A stretch of 64,000 nt of DNA from Stellaceae bacterium. Lineage in GTDB: Bacteria > Pseudomonadota > Alphaproteobacteria > ATCC43930 > CGMCC-115725. Both the position numbers and the translations under genes were made by a program. Positions 32,571-41,699 of this stretch are shown here, piece after piece. The stretch's first letter is position 1. The number at the start of each line of letters is the position of its first letter. The stretch is taken from contig DATNIY010000050.1 in assembly GCA_035604195.1 (NCBI GenBank), positions 36 through 64,035 on the forward strand, in the 5' to 3' direction. The notes beneath the pieces were generated by a model that was given only the letters and a program-made list of their open reading frames with translations, did no database searches and was not told the origin of the DNA.

Positions 32571-35500
32571 TCATCGCGTGAGGAAACTGCGCAACGCCCG
32601 CGTCGCGACCATGAGCATGGCGAGATCGGGCTGCTGCGCCGTCTCGATCTCGCGCACCAGCGCCTCGACCTGGATGAATTCGGCCGCGTGGGTTTTGAGC
32701 CAGCGCTCGAAATCGCCGTCTTCGGCAATCGCCTTGGCGGTGAGCTCGACCTGTTGTGCATAAAGGTCCTCGATGACGGCGGAGACGGCGAGCTTCTGCC
32801 ACTCCGAATCCGCCGGCAGTCGGCGCGCGCTGACCCGCAGCCCATCGAGGCGGAACCGCGCACCTACCGCGAAGAAGCGCCGCCCGAGCTCGACCACATC
32901 GTGACCGCCGGCGCGCGCGAGTAACGCGATATCGACGGCGGAGTGCAAGAAATCGAGCCGCGCCGCCGCTTCGGCCAGCGCCGGCGGCACGCCCTTCTCC
33001 GTCAGCGCCGCGGCGCGACGGCCGAGCTCGCCCCGGTGACTTTCGGGCAGCACCGCGGTCATCGCTGCCGCCAACGCCGCGATGGCGGGACCGAAGCGCC
33101 GGCTCTCCGCGGCGATGTCGAGCGCGCCGCCCTTGAGGAACCACGCCGTCGCGCGTTCGACCAGCCGTTCGGCGGCGAGCAGCATCGCGCTCTGCACCTG
33201 CGCCGGAACGCGGTTGTCGAGCGCATTGACCGCATCCCAGAAGCGATCAAGATCATAGGCGCGGCGCGCGATCATATAGGCGCGGGTCACCGCGCCCGGG
33301 CCTCGCCCACCGAGTTGGCCCAGCTCGCGGGCGAAGGCGATGCCGGCGCGGTTGACCAAATCGTTCGCCGCCACCGTCGCGATGATCTCGCGTTTCAAGC
33401 GGTGCGCGGCGATCGCCGTGGGAAAGCGCTCGGCCAGCACCTTCGGGAAATAGGCGACGAGATCCTCGGCGAGCGCGGGATCGTCGGGCAGGTCGCTCTC
33501 CAGAAGCTCGTGGTAGAGCGTGATCTTGACGTAGCCCATGAGCACCGCGAGCTCCGGCCGCGTCAGCCCCTGGCGCGCGCGCTGGGCGAGCGTCTCGTCG
33601 TCGGGCAAATCCTCGACGGCGCGGTCGAGCTTCTGCGCCCGCTCGAGATCGCGCATGAGGCGGACATGGCGGTCGAAGCGCTCGACCCGCTCGCTCTCCT
33701 CGAGCGTCAGCGCCAGGCCTTGCAGGTAATTGTCCTTGAGCACCAGCGCCGCCACCTCGTCGGACATGGCGTGAAGCAGCCGGTTGCGCTCCGCCGTGGT
33801 GAGGCCGCCTTGCGCCACCACGGCGTCGAGCAGGATCTTGATGTTGACCTCGTGGTCCGAGGTCGAGACACCTGCCGAGTTGTCGATCGCGTCGGTGTTG
33901 ATGCGCCCACCATGGAGCGCATATTCGATGCGCGCCTTCTGCGTCACCGCAAGATTGGCGCCCTCGCCGACGATTTTGGCGCGCAGCTCCGCCGCATCGA
34001 CGCGCAACGCGTCGTTGGCGCGGTCGCCGACCTCGGCGTGGCTCTGATCGGACGCCTTGACGTAAGTGCCGATGCCGCCGAACCACAGAAAATCGACCGG
34101 CGCTTTCAGGATCGCCTGGATGAGCTCCATCGGCGCAAGCCGCTCGGCCGCGGTGTCGAGCCGCTGGCGGATCTCGGGCGTGAGCGCGATCGATTTGAGG
34201 CTGCGCTCGAAGACGCCGCCGCCCGGCGATATCAGGGCGCGGTCGTAATCGGCCCAGGACGAGCGCGGCAAATCGAAAAGGCGCCGGCGCTCGGCGAAGC
34301 TCTTGGCCGGATCAGGATCGGGATCGAGGAAGATGTGGCGGTGGTCGAAGGCGGCGAGGAGGCGCGTGTGCTCCGAGCGCAGCATGCCGTTGCCGAAGAC
34401 ATCGCCGGACATGTCGCCGACGCCGACGCAGGTGAAGTCGGCGCTCTGGATGTCGCGGCCCAATTCGCGGAAATGGCGCTTCACCGTCTCCCAGGCGCCG
34501 CGCGCGGTGATGCCCATGGCCTTGTGGTCGTAGCCCTCGGAGCCGCCCGAGGCGAAGGCGTCGCCGAGCCAGAAGCCGTATTCCCCGGCGATCTCGTTGG
34601 CGATGTCGGAGAAGGTCGCGGTGCCCTTGTCGGCGGCGACGACCAAATAGGGATCATCGCCGTCATGGCGGACGACCATGGGCGGCGGCACGATCTCGTC
34701 GCCGACGATGGTGTCGGTGAGATCCAAAAGGCCGCGCATCAAAATCTTGTAGCATTCGACCACTTCGGCCTGGAGCGCGTCGCGGCCCGAAGGCGGCCGC
34801 TTCACCACGAAGCCGCCCTTGGAGCCGGTTGGCACGATGACCGCGTTCTTCACCGTCTGGGTTTTCATCAGCCCGAGGATCTCCGTGCGGAAATCCTCCT
34901 TGCGGTCGGACCAGCGGATGCCGCCGCGCGCCACCTTGCCGCCGCGGAGATGGACGCCCTCCATGCGCGGGCTCAGCACGTAGATCTCGCATAAGGGCCG
35001 CGGCAGCGGCAGAAGCTCGATCTCGCGGCTTGCCAGCTTGACCGCGAGATAGGGTTTCGGGCTGCCGTCGGGGCGGCGCTGGAAGTAGTTTGTGCGCAGC
35101 GACTTCTCGACAAGGCCGAGGAAGCTTCTGAGGATGCGGTCCTCATCGAGGCTGGCGACGGCTTCGAGATCGCTCTCGATCTCCTTGGCGAGGCGTTCGC
35201 TCTCGGCCTTGGCGCCGGCGGCGTTCGCCGGGTCGAAGCGCCGCTCGAAGAGCGCGACGAGCTTCGCCGCGATCGCCGGGTGATGGGCGAGCGAATCCTC
35301 CATATAGGCCTGGCTGAAGGCGCTGCCGGCCTGGCGCATCAGCTTGGCATAGAGCCGGAGGACCACAACCTGGCGCCAGGAGAGGCCGGAGAGGAGTATG
35401 AGCCGGTTGAGGCCGTCGCTCTCCATCTCGCCCGCCCAGACATGCGCGAAGGCCTCTTCGAAGCGCTGGCGCAGCTCCGCGACATCGGCGGCGCTGGCGG

Positions 35501-37343
35501 GCGCGGTGAGCGAGAAGTCCTGGATCCAGACGGTCTCGGAAGTGCCGGCGGGCGTCACCGCATAGGGCATCTCGGCGATCACCTTGAGACCCATATGCTC
35601 GAGCATCGGCAGGATGTCGCTCAGGGCCACCGGCGCGGCCGCGTGATAGATCTTGAAGCGCAGATCCTGCGGCCCCGCTTCGGGCGGCCCGTCGAGCGTC
35701 ATGCCGAGCCGGAGGCCCTGGCGCACCTCCTCGATCCGCGCGATGTCATAAAGCGCGGTCGTGATGGCGAAACGCTCCTGATAGTCGGTCGGGAAGGCCG
35801 CGCCGTAGCGGCGGGCGAGCGCCGTGGCCGCCTCCTCGCCGCGCTCGGCCGTGAGCGCCTCGTTGAGCCGGTCGGCCCAGCTTCGCGCCGCCACGGCCAA
35901 TTCGCGCTCGACGGCGCCGATGTCGAGCTCGGGGATGGCGCCCGGCGTCGTCCGCAAAATGAAATGGATGCGGGCCAAGACGGCTTCGTCGAGCTGCGTG
36001 TTGAAGCTGTCGACGGTGGCGCGGAAGGCCTTCTCCAGAATTGCCGCGAAGCGCTGGCGCAAGACGGTGCCGTAGCGCTCGCGCGGCGCGTAAACGAAGC
36101 AGGAGACAAAGCGCTCGAACGGATCGCGGCGAATGAAGAGGGCGACGCGCTGGCGCTCCTGCAAATCGAGCACGCCTTGCGCGATCTCGAAGAGCTCGTC
36201 CTCGGAGATCTGGAACAGCTCGTCGCGCGGGAAGCTGTCGAGGATGTGGAGAAGCGCCTTGCCGTCATGGCTCGCCGGCTCGAAGCCCGCGCGCTCGATC
36301 GTTCGGTTCACCTTGCGGCGGAGAATGGGGATCGAGCGCGGGCTCTTGGCATAGGCGGCCGATGTGAACAGCCCGACGAAGAGCCGCTCGCCCGTCGCTG
36401 CGCCCTGAGCGTCGAAGCATTTGACGGCGATCGTGTCCATATGGACCGCGCGATGCACCGTCGCGCGCCGGTTCGACTTGCTGATGTTGAGGAGGCGCGG
36501 GGCGCGCAGGAAGGCGCGCACATCGGCCGGCAGGCTCGCGAAGTTGCGCAGGCCGTCGAAGACGGAATAGGCGTCCTGGCGCAGGATGCCGAGACCGCTG
36601 CCGGCGATGATGTCGAGCCCGAAGCGGTATTCGCGATAGCCCAGGAAGGTGAAATTGTCGTCGTCGAGCCAGATGAGGAAGTCGAGCAGTTCGCTCAGTT
36701 CCTCGCGCGGCACCGGCGGCGGCTCGCGGGTCAGCGCGTTGCGCAAATCCGCGAGCGCTGCGCGCATCTTGGCCCAATCCTCGACCGTGGCGCGGACATC
36801 GGCGAGCACGCTCGCGAGCTTGACCTCGAGCGCCTGCAGCCGCTCGGGATCGCTCAGCGGGGTGATCTCGACATGCATCGCCGATTCGCGCGCGCCACGA
36901 GGCGAGTCCGAATCGTAGAGCGCGGCGAGCGCGCCGTCCTGGTCGCGCGTCACATGCAGGATCGGATGGATGACGAGATGGACGGTGAGGCCTTCGCCGT
37001 TGAGGGCCGCGGTCACCGAGTCCACCAGGAACGGCATGTCGTCGTTGATGATCTCGATGATGGTGGCCGGCGCGCGCCAGCCCTCGGCGGCGAGGCGGGG
37101 GTTGATGATGCGCAGCTTTGCCACGCCGGGCGCGCGGCGCTGCGCGAATTGCCAGAGCGAGATGGCGGCGCCGTAGAGATCCTCGGGCCGGCGCTCGAGC
37201 ACGTCTCGCGCCGGCACGTGACTGTAGAATTGGAGGAGGAAGGAGTGCACCATGCTGGTGCGGGCGCCTTCGAGCCGCGCCGCGGCCAGCTCCGCCGCGG
37301 CGGCGACGGCATCACGCTTCTGCTGTTCGGCGCGGCTCGCCAT
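32571..37343 (-). CDS. NAD-specific glutamate dehydrogenase, large (~180 kDa) class
   Basis: 1590 aa, a size and layout typical of the GdhB/large NAD-GDH family. The central catalytic core includes GGIRWSDR...KTQTVKNAVIVPTGSKGGFV and ADKGTATFSD. Confidence 0.9.
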   Translation of the reverse strand: MASRAEQQKRDAVAAAAELAAARLEGARTSMVHSFLLQFYSHVPARDVLERRPEDLYGAAISLWQFAQRRAPGVAKLRIINPRLAAEGWRAPATIIEIINDDMPFLVDSVTAALNGEGLTVHLVIHPILHVTRDQDGALAALYDSDSPRGARESAMHVEITPLSDPERLQALEVKLASVLADVRATVEDWAKMRAALADLRNALTREPPPVPREELSELLDFLIWLDDDNFTFLGYREYRFGLDIIAGSGLGILRQDAYSVFDGLRNFASLPADVRAFLRAPRLLNISKSNRRATVHRAVHMDTIAVKCFDAQGAATGERLFVGLFTSAAYAKSPRSIPILRRKVNRTIERAGFEPASHDGKALLHILDSFPRDELFQISEDELFEIAQGVLDLQERQRVALFIRRDPFERFVSCFVYAPRERYGTVLRQRFAAILEKAFRATVDSFNTQLDEAVLARIHFILRTTPGAIPELDIGAVERELAVAARSWADRLNEALTAERGEEAATALARRYGAAFPTDYQERFAITTALYDIARIEEVRQGLRLGMTLDGPPEAGPQDLRFKIYHAAAPVALSDILPMLEHMGLKVIAEMPYAVTPAGTSETVWIQDFSLTAPASAADVAELRQRFEEAFAHVWAGEMESDGLNRLILLSGLSWRQVVVLRLYAKLMRQAGSAFSQAYMEDSLAHHPAIAAKLVALFERRFDPANAAGAKAESERLAKEIESDLEAVASLDEDRILRSFLGLVEKSLRTNYFQRRPDGSPKPYLAVKLASREIELLPLPRPLCEIYVLSPRMEGVHLRGGKVARGGIRWSDRKEDFRTEILGLMKTQTVKNAVIVPTGSKGGFVVKRPPSGRDALQAEVVECYKILMRGLLDLTDTIVGDEIVPPPMVVRHDGDDPYLVVAADKGTATFSDIANEIAGEYGFWLGDAFASGGSEGYDHKAMGITARGAWETVKRHFRELGRDIQSADFTCVGVGDMSGDVFGNGMLRSEHTRLLAAFDHRHIFLDPDPDPAKSFAERRRLFDLPRSSWADYDRALISPGGGVFERSLKSIALTPEIRQRLDTAAERLAPMELIQAILKAPVDFLWFGGIGTYVKASDQSHAEVGDRANDALRVDAAELRAKIVGEGANLAVTQKARIEYALHGGRINTDAIDNSAGVSTSDHEVNIKILLDAVVAQGGLTTAERNRLLHAMSDEVAALVLKDNYLQGLALTLEESERVERFDRHVRLMRDLERAQKLDRAVEDLPDDETLAQRARQGLTRPELAVLMGYVKITLYHELLESDLPDDPALAEDLVAYFPKVLAERFPTAIAAHRLKREIIATVAANDLVNRAGIAFARELGQLGGRGPGAVTRAYMIARRAYDLDRFWDAVNALDNRVPAQVQSAMLLAAERLVERATAWFLKGGALDIAAESRRFGPAIAALAAAMTAVLPESHRGELGRRAAALTEKGVPPALAEAAARLDFLHSAVDIALLARAGGHDVVELGRRFFAVGARFRLDGLRVSARRLPADSEWQKLAVSAVIEDLYAQQVELTAKAIAEDGDFERWLKTHAAEFIQVEALVREIETAQQPDLAMLMVATRALRSFLTR

Positions 37344-37453
37344 CGAGGACCTCGCGATCTCCGCAATGGAGCCGGGTGGAATTTGCGCTTTCGGTCGCCC
37401 GGCTTTGCTGTTAAGGGAGCCGAGGCGGGAGATACAGTCAAGGGCGCCCAGGA

Positions 37454-38104
37454 ATGAAAGGGAACATAATCCCGAACTTTGACAATTTCGCGACCAGCCG
37501 CGGCCTCACCATGCGCCGCGAGCGGCCCGAAGGCACGACGGCGCTGTTTCTGTCGCGCTGGCTCAAGGCGCCGCACCGGATCGGCGCGCTGGCGCCGTCA
37601 AGCCGGCAACTGGCGCGCGCCATGGCGCGGCAGATCGACCTCGCGGGCGACGGCGTCGTCATCGAGTTGGGTGGCGGCACCGGTAGCATCACCCGCGCGC
37701 TTCTGGCGGCCGGGCTGGCGCGGCGGCGGCTCGTCGTCGTCGAGCGCGATCCGACGCTGGCGGCGGCGTTGCGCTTGTGGTTCCCCGGCGTCAAGGTGCT
37801 GCGCGGTGATGCGGCGGAGCTGCGCGCGCTGCTTCTGCCGCTCGGGGTCATGCGCGCCGCCACGGTGGTCTCGAGCCTGCCGCTCTTGTCCATGCCGAAA
37901 CGAGTGCGGCTGCGGATCGTCGCGGAGGCCTTCGCGCTCCTCGGCGAGCGCGGCACCTTCGTCCAGTTCACTTACGGCGTGGCCTCCCCGCTCGGTCCGG
38001 AATCCGGCCTCGTCGGCGCCGTGGCGCAGCGCGTGTGGTGGAATTTCCCACCGGCCGTGGTGTGGCGCTTCCGCCGCCGGCCCGCCATCGCCCGGGCGGC
38101 GTGA
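37454..38104 (+). CDS. Class I SAM-dependent methyltransferase (phospholipid N-methyltransferase / COG3963-like)
   Basis: It has SAM motif I (VVIELGGGTGSITRALL) and the conserved N-terminal FLSRWLKAPHRIGALAPSS. The start is ATG 37454 or ATG 37511. Confidence 0.7.
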   Translation: MKGNIIPNFDNFATSRGLTMRRERPEGTTALFLSRWLKAPHRIGALAPSSRQLARAMARQIDLAGDGVVIELGGGTGSITRALLAAGLARRRLVVVERDPTLAAALRLWFPGVKVLRGDAAELRALLLPLGVMRAATVVSSLPLLSMPKRVRLRIVAEAFALLGERGTFVQFTYGVASPLGPESGLVGAVAQRVWWNFPPAVVWRFRRRPAIARAA

Positions 38105-38129
38105 GCGGCGGCTACGCGGCGACGGATCG

Positions 38130-38771
38130 CTAAGGCCGCCTGACCTCTGCCACGCCGATCATGCTGTCGCGGGTGACGAGTTCGGCGAGCCGCGCCTCGT
38201 CCCAGCCGGCGGTGCCGGCGGGCCGCTCGGGCAGTACGAGGTAGCGCATGTCCGCCGTCGAATCATGGACGCGGACCTCGACATCGTCGGCGAGGGAGGT
38301 TCCGAACTCGGCGAGCACCGCGCGCGGCTCGTTGACGGCACGGCTGCGATAATTGCGGCTCTTGTACCAGTCGGGCGGACGGCCCAGCACCATGCGCGGA
38401 TAGCACGAGCACAGCGTGCAAACGATGAGGTTGTGCAGCTTCGGCTTGTTCTCGACGACGAGAAGATGCGTCGCGCCGACATCGATGCCGAGCTCGCGCG
38501 CGGCGGCGGAGCCGTCCGCGAGGAGGCGCGCCTTGTAGGCGGGATCGCTCCAGGCGCGGGCGACGATCCGCGCGCCCTGCGCCGGGGTGCGCGCGTCCAT
38601 CGCCTCGACGGCGCGGCGCACATCGCCGGCGCTGATGACGCCCTTCTCGATCAGAAGCTCGCGCACCGCGACTTCCATCACCTGATAGTAGCCGAGGCTC
38701 TCGTCCTGATCGGGCCGCGCCGGATGCGGATGGGCATGGTCGTGCGGGGTGTGCGTGTCTTGCTCGCTCAT
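38130..38771 (-). CDS. Nitrile hydratase family alpha subunit, cobalt-type metal site (equivalent to SCNase gamma / ToyJ)
   Basis: 213 aa from ATG 38771, which is preceded by GAGGA. The active-site claw is VCTLCSCYP (Thr = Co type). Flanking conservation includes AWSDPAYKARLLADG, PDWYKSRNYRSR, RYLVLPERPAGT and LVTRDSMIGV. Confidence 0.9.
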   Translation of the reverse strand: MSEQDTHTPHDHAHPHPARPDQDESLGYYQVMEVAVRELLIEKGVISAGDVRRAVEAMDARTPAQGARIVARAWSDPAYKARLLADGSAAARELGIDVGATHLLVVENKPKLHNLIVCTLCSCYPRMVLGRPPDWYKSRNYRSRAVNEPRAVLAEFGTSLADDVEVRVHDSTADMRYLVLPERPAGTAGWDEARLAELVTRDSMIGVAEVRRP

Positions 38772-38778
38772 GATGTCC

Positions 38779-39090
38779 TCACCCGGTCGGCTCGAGCCAG
38801 TGCTGGTAGATCTCGATCTCGATGGTGTCGTGCTGCGGGCCTCGGTAATCGGGCCACACATCGCGCTGACGGAAGCGCACGCGATAGAGCGGCTGCGCCG
38901 GCAGGCCAGGGCGGTTGAAGGCCAGTTCCTCGGGATTGGGAAAGGCGCCGCACAGCCGCTCGATCACGCCGACATGGCCGCGGATGTACCAGGGCGTGCG
39001 CAAATGGCCGGGCGGATCGGCGCGCCGCACGCCGACCCGATCGCCGGCACGGAAGCGCGCGGGCAGCGCGGCATTGGCGGGCGCGCTCAC
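38779..39090 (-). CDS. Nitrile hydratase beta subunit, C-terminal (SH3-like) half, as a separate ORF
   Basis: 103 aa from GTG 39090, which overlaps the upstream stop as GTGA. The sequence SAPANAALPARFRAGDRVGV...GHLRTPWYIRGHVGVIE...PLYRVRFRQRDVWP...EIYQHWLEP matches the C-terminal half of NHase beta. Confidence 0.8.
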   Translation of the reverse strand: MSAPANAALPARFRAGDRVGVRRADPPGHLRTPWYIRGHVGVIERLCGAFPNPEELAFNRPGLPAQPLYRVRFRQRDVWPDYRGPQHDTIEIEIYQHWLEPTG

Positions 39091-39395
39091 GGTTTGCGCG
39101 CCGCGCGCGCCTCGACCTCGGCCATCTTGCGGCCGAGCTCGTCGGCGGTGAGGACGCCACGCTGCAGCAAGACCTGCGTGATCGCGGCGATCCAGCGCTC
39201 GTAGTAGCTCATGGCGTCGTAGACATCCGGCGCCAGCGCCTCGATGGCGCGGCGGTTCTCGTCGACGCGCAGGAGATTGCGCTCGGTCAGCAGCATCATC
39301 AGCGCATCGACGCGCTTTTCCCAGAAGGCATAATCGTGCTCGGCACGCTCGATCGGGCCGGCGGGGAGCCCGCCCATGTCGTGATGGCCGCGCAT
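39087..39395 (-). CDS. Nitrile hydratase beta subunit, N-terminal half, as a separate ORF
   Basis: 102 aa from ATG 39395, which is preceded by GGGAGGAAGC. The sequence MRGHHDMGGLPAGPIERAEHDYAFWEKRVDAL...DENRRAIE...SYYERWIAAI matches the N-terminal half of NHase beta. Confidence 0.8.
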   Translation of the reverse strand: MRGHHDMGGLPAGPIERAEHDYAFWEKRVDALMMLLTERNLLRVDENRRAIEALAPDVYDAMSYYERWIAAITQVLLQRGVLTADELGRKMAEVEARAARKP

Positions 39396-39534
39396 GCTTC
39401 CTCCCGCTGTTGGCGCGAGTATCTCTCCGCCGTGCTGCCGAGGCAAGGCCGCGGCGGTTCCGCCGGCTTGACTCCGTCTCGAACACCATCAATATCAAGG
39501 GAAAGGCGGACTCGACGGGGAAAGGGCTTAGGAC

Positions 39535-40599
39535 ATGGCAAACGACGCAATGCTCTCGACCATCGATCGCGAGGCCGAGAAGGGGCGTGAGGATTTCTAT
39601 CGCCGCGCCGCCGCCAAGCATTTGGCGCCGCTCTGGACCCAGCTCGGCAGAATGGTCACGGAAGAGCCGGTTACCCCGTGCGTGCCGGCGCTATGGCGCT
39701 ACCAGGAGGTGCGGCCCTACCTCATGGAGGCGTGCCGGATCATCTCGACCGAGGAATCGCAGCGGCGGGTGATGACGCTCGAGAATCCCGGCCTGCCCGG
39801 GCAGCAGCGCATCACCCACAGCCTGTTCGGGGGCTTGCAGATCATTCTGCCGGGCGAGGTCGCGCCGGCCCATCGCCACACCGCCGCGGCGCTCCGCTTC
39901 ATCATCGAGGGCAAGAACGCCTACACCGCCGTCGCCGGCGAGCGAACCATCATGTCGCCGGGCGACTTCGTCATCACCCCGGCCATGGCCTGGCACGACC
40001 ACGGCAATGAGGGCCAGGGGCCGATGGTCTGGCTCGACGTGCTCGACCTGCACCTGGTCAATCTGATGGATGCGAGCTTCCTCGACAACTATCCCGAGGC
40101 CAGTCACCCCGTCACGCGCCCCCTAGGTGCGGCCGAGGCGGAGGCAGCGATGAATCTGGTCCCGGTCGATCAGGAATGGCATGGCCTGACCACGCCGATC
40201 TTCAACTATCCCTATGTGCGCACGCGTGAGACTTTGGAGCGGCTCCGCAAATTCCGCACCCCCGATCCCTATCACGGCATCAAGCTGAAATACATCAACC
40301 CGGTCAATGGCGGCTGGGCGATGCCGACGATCTCGACCTGGATGTCGCTGCTGCCCAAGGGGTTCCATACCCAGCCTTACCGCTCGACCGCGGGCACCGG
40401 CTTCGTTTGCGTCGAAGGGTCGGGGACGACGACGATCGGCGGCACGCGCCTCGAGTGGGGGCCGAAGGACATCTTCGTCGTGCCGAGTTGGCATTTCCAC
40501 GAGCACGCCGCATCCTCGGATGCGGTGCTGTTCAGCTTCTCCGATCAGGTCGTGCAGGAAAAGCTCGACTTCTTCCGCGAGCAGCGCGGCATCGCCTGA
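39535..40599 (+). CDS. Gentisate 1,2-dioxygenase-like bicupin
   Basis: 354 aa. The first cupin motif is GEVAPAHRHTAAALRFIIEG...WHDHGNEG and a second cupin domain follows. The N-terminal region LAPLWTQL...PALWRY is as in gentisate dioxygenases. Confidence 0.8.
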   Translation: MANDAMLSTIDREAEKGREDFYRRAAAKHLAPLWTQLGRMVTEEPVTPCVPALWRYQEVRPYLMEACRIISTEESQRRVMTLENPGLPGQQRITHSLFGGLQIILPGEVAPAHRHTAAALRFIIEGKNAYTAVAGERTIMSPGDFVITPAMAWHDHGNEGQGPMVWLDVLDLHLVNLMDASFLDNYPEASHPVTRPLGAAEAEAAMNLVPVDQEWHGLTTPIFNYPYVRTRETLERLRKFRTPDPYHGIKLKYINPVNGGWAMPTISTWMSLLPKGFHTQPYRSTAGTGFVCVEGSGTTTIGGTRLEWGPKDIFVVPSWHFHEHAASSDAVLFSFSDQVVQEKLDFFREQRGIA

Positions 40600-40622
40600 A
40601 GATCACGGCGCCGGCGCGCCGG

Positions 40623-40817
40623 TCAGGGGACCCACACCGCGGGCAGGCACTGGTCCGGCCCGCCGGCCGGGGTGCAGGACGTCGCCAACATTTCCTGCAG
40701 GCCTTGCTCGAACCGCGCCTCCAACTCGTCGGCCGCGCTCGGCCGCAACGGATGGCTGGCGATGAGGGCCGCGAAAATCGTCAAAGCGCCGATGATGTTC
40801 CAGAACTGGTCGGGCAC
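40623..40817 (-). CDS. Possible small membrane protein (64 aa), hypothetical
   Basis: GTG start preceded by GGGAGA at about -8. It has one hydrophobic segment (FWNIIGALTIFAALIAS). It lies just downstream of the ABC permease genes on the same strand. I recognise no homology. Confidence 0.3.
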   Translation of the reverse strand: MPDQFWNIIGALTIFAALIASHPLRPSAADELEARFEQGLQEMLATSCTPAGGPDQCLPAVWVP

Positions 40818-40910
40818 GCGCCGTCTCCCTGCTTCGACGCGATTTACCAGATAAGGCTTAAGGATTAGTGACTCCCGGCGGAAGGCAGCAGCGCCCGCCA
40901 GCCGCCGCCC

Positions 40911-41699
40911 TCAGATCACGCCGCGCCGGCGCAGAAAGCGCGCCACGGCAGCGTTGGCGCCGGCGGCAAGCACGAACATGACGATCAGCACGGCATACAT
41001 CTCGGGCGTGCGGAACTGGGCATAGTACTGCATGATCAGGAAACCGAGGCCGCGGTTCGACATCTTGATCTCGCCCAGAAGCGTGCCGATGATGGCGACG
41101 CCGAGGCCGAGCCGTAGCCCGGTCGCGATCGGCGGCACCAGCGCCGGCAGGTAGATCTTGCGGATGGTCTGGCCGAGCGACAGGTTGAAGCTGCGCCCGA
41201 CCCGCAGCAGCACCGGATCGACCAGGCGCACGCCCGAGGCGACGCTCAAGGTCATCGGGAAAAAGCACGACAGCGTGCCCATCCCGATCTTCGATCCCGC
41301 GCCCACGCCGAACAGCACCATGAGGATCGGCAGAAAGACGATCTTCGGCGTCGGCGCGAGATACTGGATATAGGATTCAAAGGCCTTGCCGACGAAGCGG
41401 TTGGCGCCGAGCGCCAAGCCGATGGCGAGGCCGAGGGTTCCGCCGATGATGACGGAGACCGCGATTTCGTAGAGCGTCAGCTCGAGGTTGTAATAGAACA
41501 TGCCGCTCGTCACCAACTCGCCGAGCGCGGCGGCGATCTTGAACGAGGACGGCACGACGCCCTCGTAGAGCAGCCCCGAGGCGGCCGCCCCCTCCCACAG
41601 GAGCCACAGCCCAAGCAATGTCGCAATGCGGATGGGCGTGACGAGCGAGCGCGCCGGGCGCCGCCGCGCCGGGCTCCGGACTAAACTGGCCTCAGCCAT
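40911..41699 (-). CDS. ABC transporter permease (NitT/TauT family)
   Basis: 262 aa from ATG 41699, in the frame of track ORF 40911-42362. It has six hydrophobic segments and an EAA-like loop (VGRSFNLSLGQTIRKIYLPALVP). Confidence 0.85.
   Translation of the reverse strand: MAEASLVRSPARRRPARSLVTPIRIATLLGLWLLWEGAAASGLLYEGVVPSSFKIAAALGELVTSGMFYYNLELTLYEIAVSVIIGGTLGLAIGLALGANRFVGKAFESYIQYLAPTPKIVFLPILMVLFGVGAGSKIGMGTLSCFFPMTLSVASGVRLVDPVLLRVGRSFNLSLGQTIRKIYLPALVPPIATGLRLGLGVAIIGTLLGEIKMSNRGLGFLIMQYYAQFRTPEMYAVLIVMFVLAAGANAAVARFLRRRGVI

Noticed and set aside
32943-37457. Two long plus-strand ORFs (683 aa and 725 aa) opposite the NAD-glutamate dehydrogenase gene
   Set aside because: They are antisense to a 1590-aa gene with clear family identity. 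I recognise no motifs, and the composition is typical of GC-rich antisense frames.
38130-38771. NHase-alpha-like ORF as an NHLP-type RiPP precursor
   Set aside because: NHLP leader peptides are short and lack the metal claw. This ORF is full length (213 aa), has an intact CTLCSC site and is accompanied by both beta halves, so it is an enzyme subunit.
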